From IMG/VR virus record IMGVR_UViG_3300022555_000012: a DNA stretch of 20,000 bases; one strand, given 5' to 3'. Shown piece by piece: positions 6,888 through 15,153 of the stretch. The stretch comes from an uncultured virus (IMG/VR IMGVR_UViG_3300022555_000012). Taxonomy: Duplodnaviria; Heunggongvirae; Uroviricota; Caudoviricetes. Each line of letters opens with the position of its first letter. Position 1 is the first letter of the stretch. Under the pieces are notes generated by a model. It searched no databases, was not told the DNA's origin, and saw only the letters and a program-made list of their open reading frames with translations. Both the position numbers and the translations under genes were made by a program.

Positions 6888-7966
6888 CATCTTTTTCTTT
6901 CAATTAATTTCAGTAAATCTGCATGACCTAATGTCTTCGGGTCACGACCTTTTGGGAGGAAGCATTTTTGGATAAGATTACCCGGAAATACCTCCTCAAG
7001 AGCTTTTGCTGAACGTGTCGTAATCGCCACCCCAGCATCATCCCCGTCAAACATTAAAATTATTCTTTTCGGACATAGCTTAGAGAGTAAAATCTGATGT
7101 GTCCCACTAATATATGCCCCAAGAATCGCTACCGCTGAGAAGCCCTCCTGTCTTAGTTTCATCACTTCCCGAGCACCCTCCGTCACAATGACAAAGTCTT
7201 CATTCTTTTGACAATCATCAAATCCGAACAAACAATCTGTTGATACGAAGTTCTCCGGGTAACGAACCTTTCGATACTCCTTAATATTCTGACTTGGATG
7301 TGCCTTCTGCCATTCTTCCTTTCCCAACAGATCTATGGCACTAAACCCAACAATCTTTCCCATCATGTAATACGGTATGATTACCCTATCAGAATAGAAT
7401 CCCCAGGTTCTCTCAAACACTTTAAATCGATCCACCGTCTCCCGGCTGATATTTGTCGGATATTTCTTACCAGGAGGATGAATAAAGAATTGATACCCCC
7501 GTTCAGACATCTTCCTTTTCAAAGTGTCCTTCTCTATCGCATCTAATCCCTTAATCGGATCGGCAGCCTTCAAACCTTCTTTTGTTTTATGGAGATTAGT
7601 CATTTTGAATTGGATTGCTGCCATCTCCAATTCTGCCATGTTTGCCCCAGCCGCCTTCCCCGTTACGAACCGAGCGGCCTCATCCGGCGAACATTTCAAC
7701 AGGCGACATACCGTCCAAATGATGTTGCTTCCACGAGCTTCCGTAAAACAGAATGTTTCCCCAGTCTCTGTATTGATCGTCCAATTTGGATCAGAAGATT
7801 TTCGACCGGTATAAATATGATGATCTGGACAAAACGCCCGAATCTCATTCCCCTTCTTTGGCTCTGAAATTACCCCGAGTTTCAAGAGAACGCTCTCCAG
7901 GTCAATGCTTGCCATTAACCAGGAGACATCTTTGTATCGATTCCGCTCTTTAACTCCGGCATCCAT
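6884..7966 (-). CDS. dnaG: DNA primase (Zn-binding domain + TOPRIM)
   Basis: CPDH...CFTE Zn-binding domain, RVIIP, and TOPRIM VTEG...AILG...MFDGDDAG...GRDP. Adjacent to the DnaB module. Confidence 0.88.
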   Translation of the reverse strand: MDAGVKERNRYKDVSWLMASIDLESVLLKLGVISEPKKGNEIRAFCPDHHIYTGRKSSDPNWTINTETGETFCFTEARGSNIIWTVCRLLKCSPDEAARFVTGKAAGANMAELEMAAIQFKMTNLHKTKEGLKAADPIKGLDAIEKDTLKRKMSERGYQFFIHPPGKKYPTNISRETVDRFKVFERTWGFYSDRVIIPYYMMGKIVGFSAIDLLGKEEWQKAHPSQNIKEYRKVRYPENFVSTDCLFGFDDCQKNEDFVIVTEGAREVMKLRQEGFSAVAILGAYISGTHQILLSKLCPKRIILMFDGDDAGVAITTRSAKALEEVFPGNLIQKCFLPKGRDPKTLGHADLLKLIERKRC

Positions 7967-7981
7967 AGGTAAATAGAGAAA

Positions 7982-8140
7982 TGAGGGTCATACAGGCGTC
8001 CCTTCCACCGGCTCAGAACATGCTCCTTACCAGATACTCAGGTGCCCCTCTTTACTCCAACATCTAAGAACTTATCTCAACAGAACCGAGGTGAGCCTGT
8101 TTATTGATTCGTAAATGATGCCAGACCTGTATGACCCTCA
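7982..8140 (-). ncRNA. Putative structured RNA or cis-element closed by a perfect 15-bp inverted repeat
   Basis: TGAGGGTCATACAGG (7982-7996) and CCTGTATGACCCTCA (8126-8140). Inner GGCTCA/TGAGCC helix plus further helices that need G-U pairs on the minus strand. Fills almost the entire intergenic gap. Confidence 0.5.
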
Positions 8141-8145
8141 AATTG

Positions 8146-9141
8146 TTATGCTGTCCGAATCCCCGTGTAATACTTACGACCCATTGACGGGTCCCAGGCC
8201 GTGAATTCTTCCGTCTTGTTCACATCCGACTCAATGAAGTCCATCGCGTCCACAACCTGAGCATCCGTGTTGAATGCCACATTCAGAACGATCGCTTCCT
8301 TCGTCATCGGCTGAACACAAACACCATCATGTGCCGTCACCGCGTGAAGAATCCTAACAACCGTCTCCTGATCCACCGACTTGTCGGCGTTCTTCAAGGC
8401 CGTCACAACCCGCTTCAAAGCCGTTGAAACACGACTCATTGTCAGATTGTTGATTCCCAGGAGTGTCCCCTTCTTAGTCATAACCGGCATACAATCCTTG
8501 AAACCAAACGCCTCAATCGCTCCGATTCGAGCCAACAATGCCGAAGCAAGCAAAACTGCCCGTTCCTGATCCGTCAGATTATACGACTCTGCCGCCTTAA
8601 GACTTGCCTCCGCCACACGAACCGTATTGGCAAGCAATCCACCCTGACAACCGTAATGAGGACGACCACTTCCCGGTGCCACAACGAAATTGGCAAAGAA
8701 AGTGGCATTCTGGTAGACCTCATCAACGATCATCCCAGCCGTCGGATTACCCGTCTTCACCTCGATTGCTTTCAATTCAGCCCGAATCTCGTCAAACCTG
8801 GACGCATTGGTCGTGGCACCAGAATCATCATAGATCGGAACATAATTGGAAAGATCCGCAGGAATCTCTGTCTTCTCGACATTCTTTGCGACGATACTCG
8901 GTGTCCCCTGATATTCATCAACGTGTGCCGCGATAAACACGAAACAACCCTTCTCGACCCCCGCTGCCTTGGCCCACAATTTCACATTCCTGGAACCAGA
9001 CTTGTCCCGGAGCATCAAATCCGTGTAGTCCTTCTTTTGGACTGTCTGCTTCACATATGCACTCTCGACGTAATAAACGCCTTCGAATGTGTCCCCAATA
9101 CCCTGATGCCTTATCAACGCGTGTTCAACTGCCTGTGTCAT
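8146..9141 (-). CDS. YhaM/Cbf1-like OB-fold + HD-domain protein with a degenerate HD site
   Basis: OB fold YTDLMLRDKSG...KLW...VDEYQG, then APG...HYGCQGGLLANT, LLARIG, ILHAVTAHDG, PMTKEA...DA, matching the YhaM layout with metal ligands substituted. Confidence 0.78.
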   Translation of the reverse strand: MTQAVEHALIRHQGIGDTFEGVYYVESAYVKQTVQKKDYTDLMLRDKSGSRNVKLWAKAAGVEKGCFVFIAAHVDEYQGTPSIVAKNVEKTEIPADLSNYVPIYDDSGATTNASRFDEIRAELKAIEVKTGNPTAGMIVDEVYQNATFFANFVVAPGSGRPHYGCQGGLLANTVRVAEASLKAAESYNLTDQERAVLLASALLARIGAIEAFGFKDCMPVMTKKGTLLGINNLTMSRVSTALKRVVTALKNADKSVDQETVVRILHAVTAHDGVCVQPMTKEAIVLNVAFNTDAQVVDAMDFIESDVNKTEEFTAWDPSMGRKYYTGIRTA

Positions 9142-9189
9142 ATTCTTTCTCCGTTTGTTTTTAATAATGCCATTTCGGCAAACTCATAA

Positions 9190-9201
9190 ATCATTATACA
9201 C
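9190..9201 (-). promoter_or_regulatory. Putative promoter motif GTGTATAATGAT overlapping the dnaB stop codon
   Basis: Second copy of the recurrent TATAAT-containing 12-mer, upstream of the YhaM-like gene. Confidence 0.45.
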
Positions 9202-10939
9202 CGGTCGGATTAAACTTTTTCAAATTAAGTCGCTCTAATGTGGTTTTCGGTCTTTGTTCCACCACTTGTTCAATCCTTTTTGCCTCAAGTTCCTCGGCTG
9301 TCTGAGGTGGAACCGGAGCATTCTTAAAAGATTCCTCAGCATCTTTCATCGCCTTTTCAATCTCTTGGTCCTCCTGGGATGATATCCCCGGAGCCTCGTC
9401 ATCCTCACCCTCTATCGCTCCATCAATCGCCTCTGCAAACTCCATAGACCTATCCCGCAGCCCCGTAGACGCCACCGGAAGAACCGGGACGACTGGTACT
9501 GCGGTCGGCTTTACTGTGGTTCCCAAGTCCTTTACAGCATCCTTTACGGCATCGTTTACTGCCTTCGCCTCCGCCGTTCCTGGTTTTTTCCTCTGATCGT
9601 CATTTTCCGTAACCCTTCCTATCTTGACTTCGTGCTTTGCGTTAAAATTGAACGGTGCACCATCTCGATTCTTTTTGGCATCACAAAGCCAGTAAACATC
9701 CCGAAGATAATCCGGAACAAGAACCTGAGTGTCATCCGTCCCCGCATAAGTGATAATCAAAAAGGTGTTCGCAACATGAATCTGTCCCTTTGACCCATAA
9801 ACGTCCATCTTTCCAGCACGTTTTCCTTGATTCGTCTTCTTTTCGACATCTGTTGCCGCCTGAGTCGGAGTAATAACAGGAACTCTCAACCATCTCGCCA
9901 ACTCCTTACAATCTGTCGCCGCCTTTGCCCGTTCATCGTTCTCTCCCCAGGCTTGTTGAATCGGCTTAACATGAGGTAAATGGTCAATGATGATCGCGTG
10001 AATCGGAATCCCCTTGTTCTCCAACAACCTGTATTGCTGTTCAATCAAAGAGACATCGGTAAAAGCAGCTACTTCCTTAATGAATATTTGCCCCCTACCA
10101 GCCGCCTTCATGTCCTCCTGCATATACTTCTGCCAACGCTCAATCTCTGCATCACTGATCTTGGCAAACTTAAAGTCCTGATAGGGTATCCCGGTGAAAA
10201 CGGCATCATACTTGTGTTGAACCTGTTCCAAATATTCCTCATTCGCAACATGCAACACATTCTTGGCCCCGTTCAAGGTTGTGATCCCCCTGGCGAGACT
10301 TCTACACATCGTAGATTTGCCTAATCCCGTGATGCCGGCAATCAAAGTCAATTCACCGGGAAACAATCCGCCAGTTTGCTCATCAAATGTTTTGAACCCG
10401 GTCTTAAGCCCCATATACTTCATCGGATTCTGCTGCTTGTCCCTAATCATCGCCAACCGAGGAGCAAAATCCGTCAATTCTGCCAGAGGCCGATCTTCCT
10501 TTTGCCCCCCAATCAACATCGCCTCTCGCTTCAAAAACGACACAGCATCTTGGATTTGACCTTTGGACAACATCTCAACGACACTCTCAGAAAGTCTTAA
10601 AGCATTCCTTCCTGTCTCTGCATCCTTCAATTTTCCCAAAATAGCTTCCGGGGCATCAAAAGATGTCACCCCATCAATCATATTCCATTCTCCGACATAA
10701 CTCGGAAAATCCTGATCGGACAATCTGGACCCCACTTCATACTCATAGACCGCCCGAGTCAATAGAGTGTTTGACTCCGATAGTGCCAATGATGCCAAAG
10801 CAAAAATGAGTTGCCTTGGAGTAGATGTGAAGTATTCCTCTCTGCCCTGGTGAAGATAAGTCCGAGCCATAATCACACTGCTCGTAATCGCCTTCAAATA
10901 GGCACGCTCAAGGTCCAAGGTATCATTAAAACTCGCCAT
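9194..10939 (-). CDS. dnaB: Replicative DNA helicase (DnaB family) with a long acidic C-terminal tail
   Basis: GLKTGFKTFDEQTGGLFPGELTLIAGITGLGKS (Walker A), IIIDHL, KELARWLRVPVITPTQ, KNRDG. Confidence 0.92.
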   Translation of the reverse strand: MASFNDTLDLERAYLKAITSSVIMARTYLHQGREEYFTSTPRQLIFALASLALSESNTLLTRAVYEYEVGSRLSDQDFPSYVGEWNMIDGVTSFDAPEAILGKLKDAETGRNALRLSESVVEMLSKGQIQDAVSFLKREAMLIGGQKEDRPLAELTDFAPRLAMIRDKQQNPMKYMGLKTGFKTFDEQTGGLFPGELTLIAGITGLGKSTMCRSLARGITTLNGAKNVLHVANEEYLEQVQHKYDAVFTGIPYQDFKFAKISDAEIERWQKYMQEDMKAAGRGQIFIKEVAAFTDVSLIEQQYRLLENKGIPIHAIIIDHLPHVKPIQQAWGENDERAKAATDCKELARWLRVPVITPTQAATDVEKKTNQGKRAGKMDVYGSKGQIHVANTFLIITYAGTDDTQVLVPDYLRDVYWLCDAKKNRDGAPFNFNAKHEVKIGRVTENDDQRKKPGTAEAKAVNDAVKDAVKDLGTTVKPTAVPVVPVLPVASTGLRDRSMEFAEAIDGAIEGEDDEAPGISSQEDQEIEKAMKDAEESFKNAPVPPQTAEELEAKRIEQVVEQRPKTTLERLNLKKFNPTGV

Positions 10940-10947
10940 CTTTTACC

Positions 10948-13785
10948 TCACAACAGTTTTGCCATGTCTTTCGGACCTAAACGCCTTAAGACTAAATCAT
11001 CCGTCTCATCACCAAGCACTTGAGCCGTAATCTTATTCTTGGAATAAATCACACCACGAATACGTTCCTCAATGGTGTCCTTACAAATGAAATTTACAAC
11101 GGTAACGACATTCCTTTGCCCGTTACGATGACAACGATCTTCTCTTTGAGCCATAATTGCCGGTGACCAGTTGTCATCATAATTGATAACATAGTCCGCC
11201 GATTGGAAGTTCAATCCCGCAGACATTGCCTCGCTACCCACCATCACGTCAATACTTTTATCCTCATTAAATTGTTTCTGCATCGTTGCCCGTTCAATGG
11301 GTTTCACCGATCCATCAATCCTCATATACTTGATTCCCAGCTTATCCAGTTCCAGGACAATCACATCCAACATTTCCGTATACTGACTGAAGATCAACGC
11401 CTTATGGCCATTCTGCATTACAACCTCGTCCAAAACTTCTTTGAAGGCATCCATCTTTGAGGAAGTCTTACAAGTGTCATCGATCATTGAAGGGTAGTTG
11501 CAGAACTGCTTACACCGGATAACTGCGACCACAGCCAGAGCATCCTCTGTAGCCACATGCCCCTGCGAAGCCAATTGCTTATAGATAGCCTGTTCCGCCG
11601 GGTCCATCGCCACAATCCGATTCTCATAAACCTTGTCAGGCAGATCCTTTAACACATCCCTCTTCAAACGCCTCAAAAAGAACGGTTGAATCTTCTGTGA
11701 TACTTCACCAATCTTTTTGTATCCAGTCACTCTTCCCCAGAAATCCGTCTCCACATATCTCTGAAAGAACCGAGTCTTAGACATCAACAATCCAGGGGCG
11801 ACAAACTGCATCAGACTGTGTAACTCCTCAAGCCGGCCGTCCATGGGTGTCCCGGTTAAGGCCATCCGACATCTTCCCCGTAATTCCTTTGTGTGTCTCG
11901 AACGAAGACTGCTGTGGTGCTTTATAGCCTGTGCCTCATCAATAATGATGATGTCCCATTCTCTCTTCCGGATTTCCGACAACATCCCCTGACGTTTCTT
12001 GGCCTTTGACAAGGTCTTTTCCCGCCTCAACCTCGCCTCGTCCGTTTCATCTTCCTTCTCTTTGAGTTTCTTTCCCCCGAAGAGATCTGCCGTCAATAAT
12101 TCATAGTTCACAACATGAAAGAACACATCAGTCCTCATCCACTGACCTATTCTCTCCTCCGGAGTCCCATCAACCACCACATACTTCTCATCAGTGAATT
12201 TCTCAATTTCCAATGGCCAATTAAATTTCAATGATGCCGGGGTAACAATCAGAGCCCTCTTTGCACCTGCGTTCGCCTTCATAAACAACGCAGTACCAAT
12301 GCCTTGCAATGTATTATGAGTGACAATACAATGTTCTGTAACATAGAGTTGATCTTGAGCCTCGACTGAGATGCAAATCGTCTTCTCCTGATTCTCCATC
12401 TTCTCTATTTTAGAGATATATCTTGCGGGCAGATATTTTGAACACACATCATGGCTGGCAACCTTACGCTTTAATCCAAATAGGCTCATTTCAGGAGGAA
12501 GTTTAATGTTGAGCCGATAAGCCAATCTCCCATATTTTTTAACTCCCTTATACTTATAAGAAGGCTTCTTCTTTATTCTTACCCTGGCAATCCCTCCCAA
12601 TGTTTGCACGATCTCCGAAACATCGTCACAAAGCTGTTTTGAGGTGGTGCAATATTCTGTCGAACAATCTCCCGCATTTCCATCCGTGTCCATCAATCCT
12701 CTTAACACCTTAAGCCGGACTTCGACAGAGCTATATTTGAACTCATTCGGAATAAACTTTTCCCAGGCTCTCTTACCACTAAGCCCCAATCTTTTTAATT
12801 CGCTTTCATATTCCGTAAAAGACTCAATGGACATATGATTCTTGGAGCATTTATGTGTTTTTCCACAAAGGACCATCTCCGAAAGATCTTCTTTCAACAT
12901 TTCCAATTTTACATACCCAGAAGAAGTAATGTGGCCGTCTCCAAGAAAGACCCCAAGTAGATAAGGATCAATTAAAACACTTTTTGTCTCAAATTCAATA
13001 GGATCTACAATCGGAATGCCCCACTTGTTATCCCCATTAGGCTTCTTGTAATAAGTCTTAAAACTATAAGTCTTCCCCTTATTGTATCCAGTTCCACATC
13101 TCTCCTCGAATCCTTCCTTGTCCAAGAGCTGACTCGTCGATAAAACAACCCCGTCTGTCTCTCGCTTTGTACTCTGATTGTTGTTTGAATAAACTTCCCA
13201 TAGATGAGCACCATCAACCACCGTTGAGAATCCATCACTGAATGTTACCTTATACACATCCTGTACCGGCTGGGGATACACCCCCGTTACTTTTGTTGGC
13301 TTACCATTCTTTCCAATTACGAAATCTCCCACCTTAATAGTCTCTATTTTTACCGGACCATTAGTTGTAAATACCTGGCTTCCAACCACTTTTCCTTTCC
13401 CTAATCCCATCTCGTCCGCCAGAAGTAATCCAACTCGATTGGTAGAAGCATACATCACTCCCAGACGCTGATAGTTATACAGAGACAACTTCAATCCAGG
13501 AATACGGAGACATACAGGAGTATCCTGTTTGGACATCCCTCTTAACTGATCCAACTTCGCTTCCTTATCAATTTGATTCTTAACCTGAAGCTCCATAGAG
13601 GCATCAACTGATAAGTCCGGTATTTTGTCGAGGAGACTTTCCAGGTTGGAAACGGTAAAGACAATCCTCCAGACCTTGTCTATTGCATCCCAGCAACCCC
13701 CAAGATCTGCGATAGCTGTCCGTTGCTCATAAGCACCCTGGACAACCAATGAATTATCAGATGGATCTACAAATAAAAAGGCCAT
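10948..13785 (-). CDS. SNF2-family helicase/ATPase containing an intein
   Basis: LYNYQ, LLADEMGLGK|T, PASLKFNW, IIDEAQ, LTGTP, LRRLK, LIFSQY, GLNFQ, QREDRCHRNGQ. Confidence 0.93.
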   Translation of the reverse strand: MAFLFVDPSDNSLVVQGAYEQRTAIADLGGCWDAIDKVWRIVFTVSNLESLLDKIPDLSVDASMELQVKNQIDKEAKLDQLRGMSKQDTPVCLRIPGLKLSLYNYQRLGVMYASTNRVGLLLADEMGLGKGKVVGSQVFTTNGPVKIETIKVGDFVIGKNGKPTKVTGVYPQPVQDVYKVTFSDGFSTVVDGAHLWEVYSNNNQSTKRETDGVVLSTSQLLDKEGFEERCGTGYNKGKTYSFKTYYKKPNGDNKWGIPIVDPIEFETKSVLIDPYLLGVFLGDGHITSSGYVKLEMLKEDLSEMVLCGKTHKCSKNHMSIESFTEYESELKRLGLSGKRAWEKFIPNEFKYSSVEVRLKVLRGLMDTDGNAGDCSTEYCTTSKQLCDDVSEIVQTLGGIARVRIKKKPSYKYKGVKKYGRLAYRLNIKLPPEMSLFGLKRKVASHDVCSKYLPARYISKIEKMENQEKTICISVEAQDQLYVTEHCIVTHNTLQGIGTALFMKANAGAKRALIVTPASLKFNWPLEIEKFTDEKYVVVDGTPEERIGQWMRTDVFFHVVNYELLTADLFGGKKLKEKEDETDEARLRREKTLSKAKKRQGMLSEIRKREWDIIIIDEAQAIKHHSSLRSRHTKELRGRCRMALTGTPMDGRLEELHSLMQFVAPGLLMSKTRFFQRYVETDFWGRVTGYKKIGEVSQKIQPFFLRRLKRDVLKDLPDKVYENRIVAMDPAEQAIYKQLASQGHVATEDALAVVAVIRCKQFCNYPSMIDDTCKTSSKMDAFKEVLDEVVMQNGHKALIFSQYTEMLDVIVLELDKLGIKYMRIDGSVKPIERATMQKQFNEDKSIDVMVGSEAMSAGLNFQSADYVINYDDNWSPAIMAQREDRCHRNGQRNVVTVVNFICKDTIEERIRGVIYSKNKITAQVLGDETDDLVLRRLGPKDMAKLL
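12313..13395 (-). mobile_element. Intein (361 aa) with LAGLIDADG homing endonuclease, inserted in the SNF2 Walker A (GLGK|T)
   Basis: Removing GKVVGSQVFT...HCIVTHN restores DEMGLGKTLQ. Terminal His-Asn with Thr at +1. LAGLIDADG motifs PYLLGVFLGDG and LRGLMDTDG. Confidence 0.92.
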
Positions 13786-13787
13786 GA

Positions 13788-13819
13788 ATCATTATACTCA
13801 AAAAGCGAGAATGTTTGAA
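13788..13819 (-). promoter_or_regulatory. Promoter at the head of the replication module, probably giving a leaderless SNF2 mRNA
   Basis: TTCAAA-N17-TATAAT, with the ATG 5 nt after the -10 box and no SD. Confidence 0.55.
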
Positions 13820-13821
13820 GA

Positions 13822-14169
13822 TTATCCAACAGATTTCTGAAGATCTATGACCCCGTCTAAGACCGTATATGTCTTGCCGGAAGCCAGTGTCACACGAATG
13901 TCAAAGACATATTGGCGAATGGCGAGACTCTCCGTATCCTCCGGGACTATGTAGAAGAAAACCTCTCCCTGATCTGGTGACCCAATTTCACCCTGATCTG
14001 GATAAGCCGTTGACTTCTGGAAAGTTATGGCACTTGTGGCCTTGTCTGTCTTAACCGTAAAAAGGCACAAAGCCCCTGTCAGATTAACGATGTCCAAATC
14101 GGGGTTTTTAACATAAACCCGGAATGTCCGATTATCACCAGTATTAAGATCTATCATTACAAATGGCAC
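13822..14169 (-). CDS. BppU N-terminal-like Ig-fold virion/baseplate protein
   Basis: GDNRTFRVYV...VNLTGA...FTVK...GEV.F.I.PEDT...YVFDIRV...TVLDG pattern. GGGGAGG SD. Follows the tail genes. Confidence 0.6.
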   Translation of the reverse strand: MPFVMIDLNTGDNRTFRVYVKNPDLDIVNLTGALCLFTVKTDKATSAITFQKSTAYPDQGEIGSPDQGEVFFYIVPEDTESLAIRQYVFDIRVTLASGKTYTVLDGVIDLQKSVG

Positions 14170-14347
14170 AACAACCTCCCCTTTTTTTCTCGATTGACTT
14201 CCTATCTTTCCCTGGTGATTTACCGCTAACAGGTTTATTCCCTACTTTATAGGATTCCAAAGTCCCGTTCAAAACAGTCTCAAATGTCAGTATTCCCAAT
14301 AAATCCTTGGGATGTAAACTCTTTGTATCATATAAATAAACAGGCAT
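14144..14347 (-). CDS. Small hypothetical protein
   Basis: 67 aa with AAGGAG SD, in an operon position. Confidence 0.55.
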   Translation of the reverse strand: MPVYLYDTKSLHPKDLLGILTFETVLNGTLESYKVGNKPVSGKSPGKDRKSIEKKRGGCCAICNDRS

Positions 14348-14362
14348 GATTTCACTCCTTAT

Positions 14363-14773
14363 TTATGGAGATACTGTTGGATCAACAACTGGATCTGTTG
14401 GTGGATCAACAACCGGTTGAACATCGGGAGCCGCCTTGTCTTCCAAGACTGCCTTCAAGAATTGCAGAGTCAGACCCATCAACTGCCCGCCCATCTGTAT
14501 AGTCGCCAGAGTCAATTTAGGCTCAACCTTAGTCCCTTGAAGAATCCCAAAGAGGTCTGAGATATCAACTACTCTCTCGGTTTTATCTCGAATCAGGATC
14601 TCTCTGGCACCTGTTGAAAGAACACAAGACGGTCTGACAATGGCATAAAGCCTCACATTGGTAGGGTCATCAGCAAACACCTTAAACTCTGTAACCCACG
14701 GAATGTCATACCTTTTCTCTTCTTGTGCTGGTATGACAATCACATCACCGTCAATTGTCGGTAAGTCGCTCAT
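14363..14773 (-). CDS. Hypothetical tail-associated protein
   Basis: 136 aa, GAGG SD, ATGA overlap with the upstream ORF, C-terminal PVVDP repeats. Confidence 0.65.
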   Translation of the reverse strand: MSDLPTIDGDVIVIPAQEEKRYDIPWVTEFKVFADDPTNVRLYAIVRPSCVLSTGAREILIRDKTERVVDISDLFGILQGTKVEPKLTLATIQMGGQLMGLTLQFLKAVLEDKAAPDVQPVVDPPTDPVVDPTVSP

Positions 14774-14937
14774 GCTGGTTTCACCTCTGTTAGTTTCTTT
14801 TGAATCTCCTGTTGGATGACTCTAATGTTATCACGAAATTGATTTACGGGTTCCATTGCCGCTTCCAATTTCACCACCTGGTCATAGGCTAATGCCTTCA
14901 ACTCTATCACAGTCATCTCTTCTAATTTCTTTTCCAT
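14770..14937 (-). CDS. Small coiled-coil protein (55 aa), possible tail-fibre assembly chaperone
   Basis: Below the ORF-track cutoff. AAGGAG SD, then MEKKLEEMTVIELKALAYDQVVKLEAAMEPVNQFRDNIRVIQQEIQKKLTEVKPA*. Its stop overlaps the next ATG. Confidence 0.7.
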   Translation of the reverse strand: MEKKLEEMTVIELKALAYDQVVKLEAAMEPVNQFRDNIRVIQQEIQKKLTEVKPA

Positions 14938-14946
14938 ATTTTCTCC

Positions 14947-15150
14947 TTATTTCAGATTTCCTTTGTAAAACACGCCAGCATATAAAACATCCACAATAGT
15001 TGGACTATTATTATCCACTCTCAATCCTAACATTCTCGGATAAAGCATGACAATACCACCTTGATCTATCTTACAACATAGTAGGCGAGGGACAATAGGG
15101 GGAATTGCCGTCTGGTCTATTTTTATTGCCTGTAGTCTGGGATTTGCCAT
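14947..15150 (-). CDS. Small protein with three 17-aa repeats
   Basis: PRLQAIKIDQ..., PRLLCCKIDQ..., PRMLGLRVDN... at 17-aa spacing. Fills the gap in the tail operon. Confidence 0.6.
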   Translation of the reverse strand: MANPRLQAIKIDQTAIPPIVPRLLCCKIDQGGIVMLYPRMLGLRVDNNSPTIVDVLYAGVFYKGNLK

Positions 15151-15153
15151 AGT

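Noticed and set aside
14175..14190. A-run GAG AAA AAA AGG as a frameshift fusing 14144-14347 to the BppU-like ORF
   Set aside because: The downstream ORF is in the +1 rather than the -1 frame and has its own strong GGGGAGG SD.
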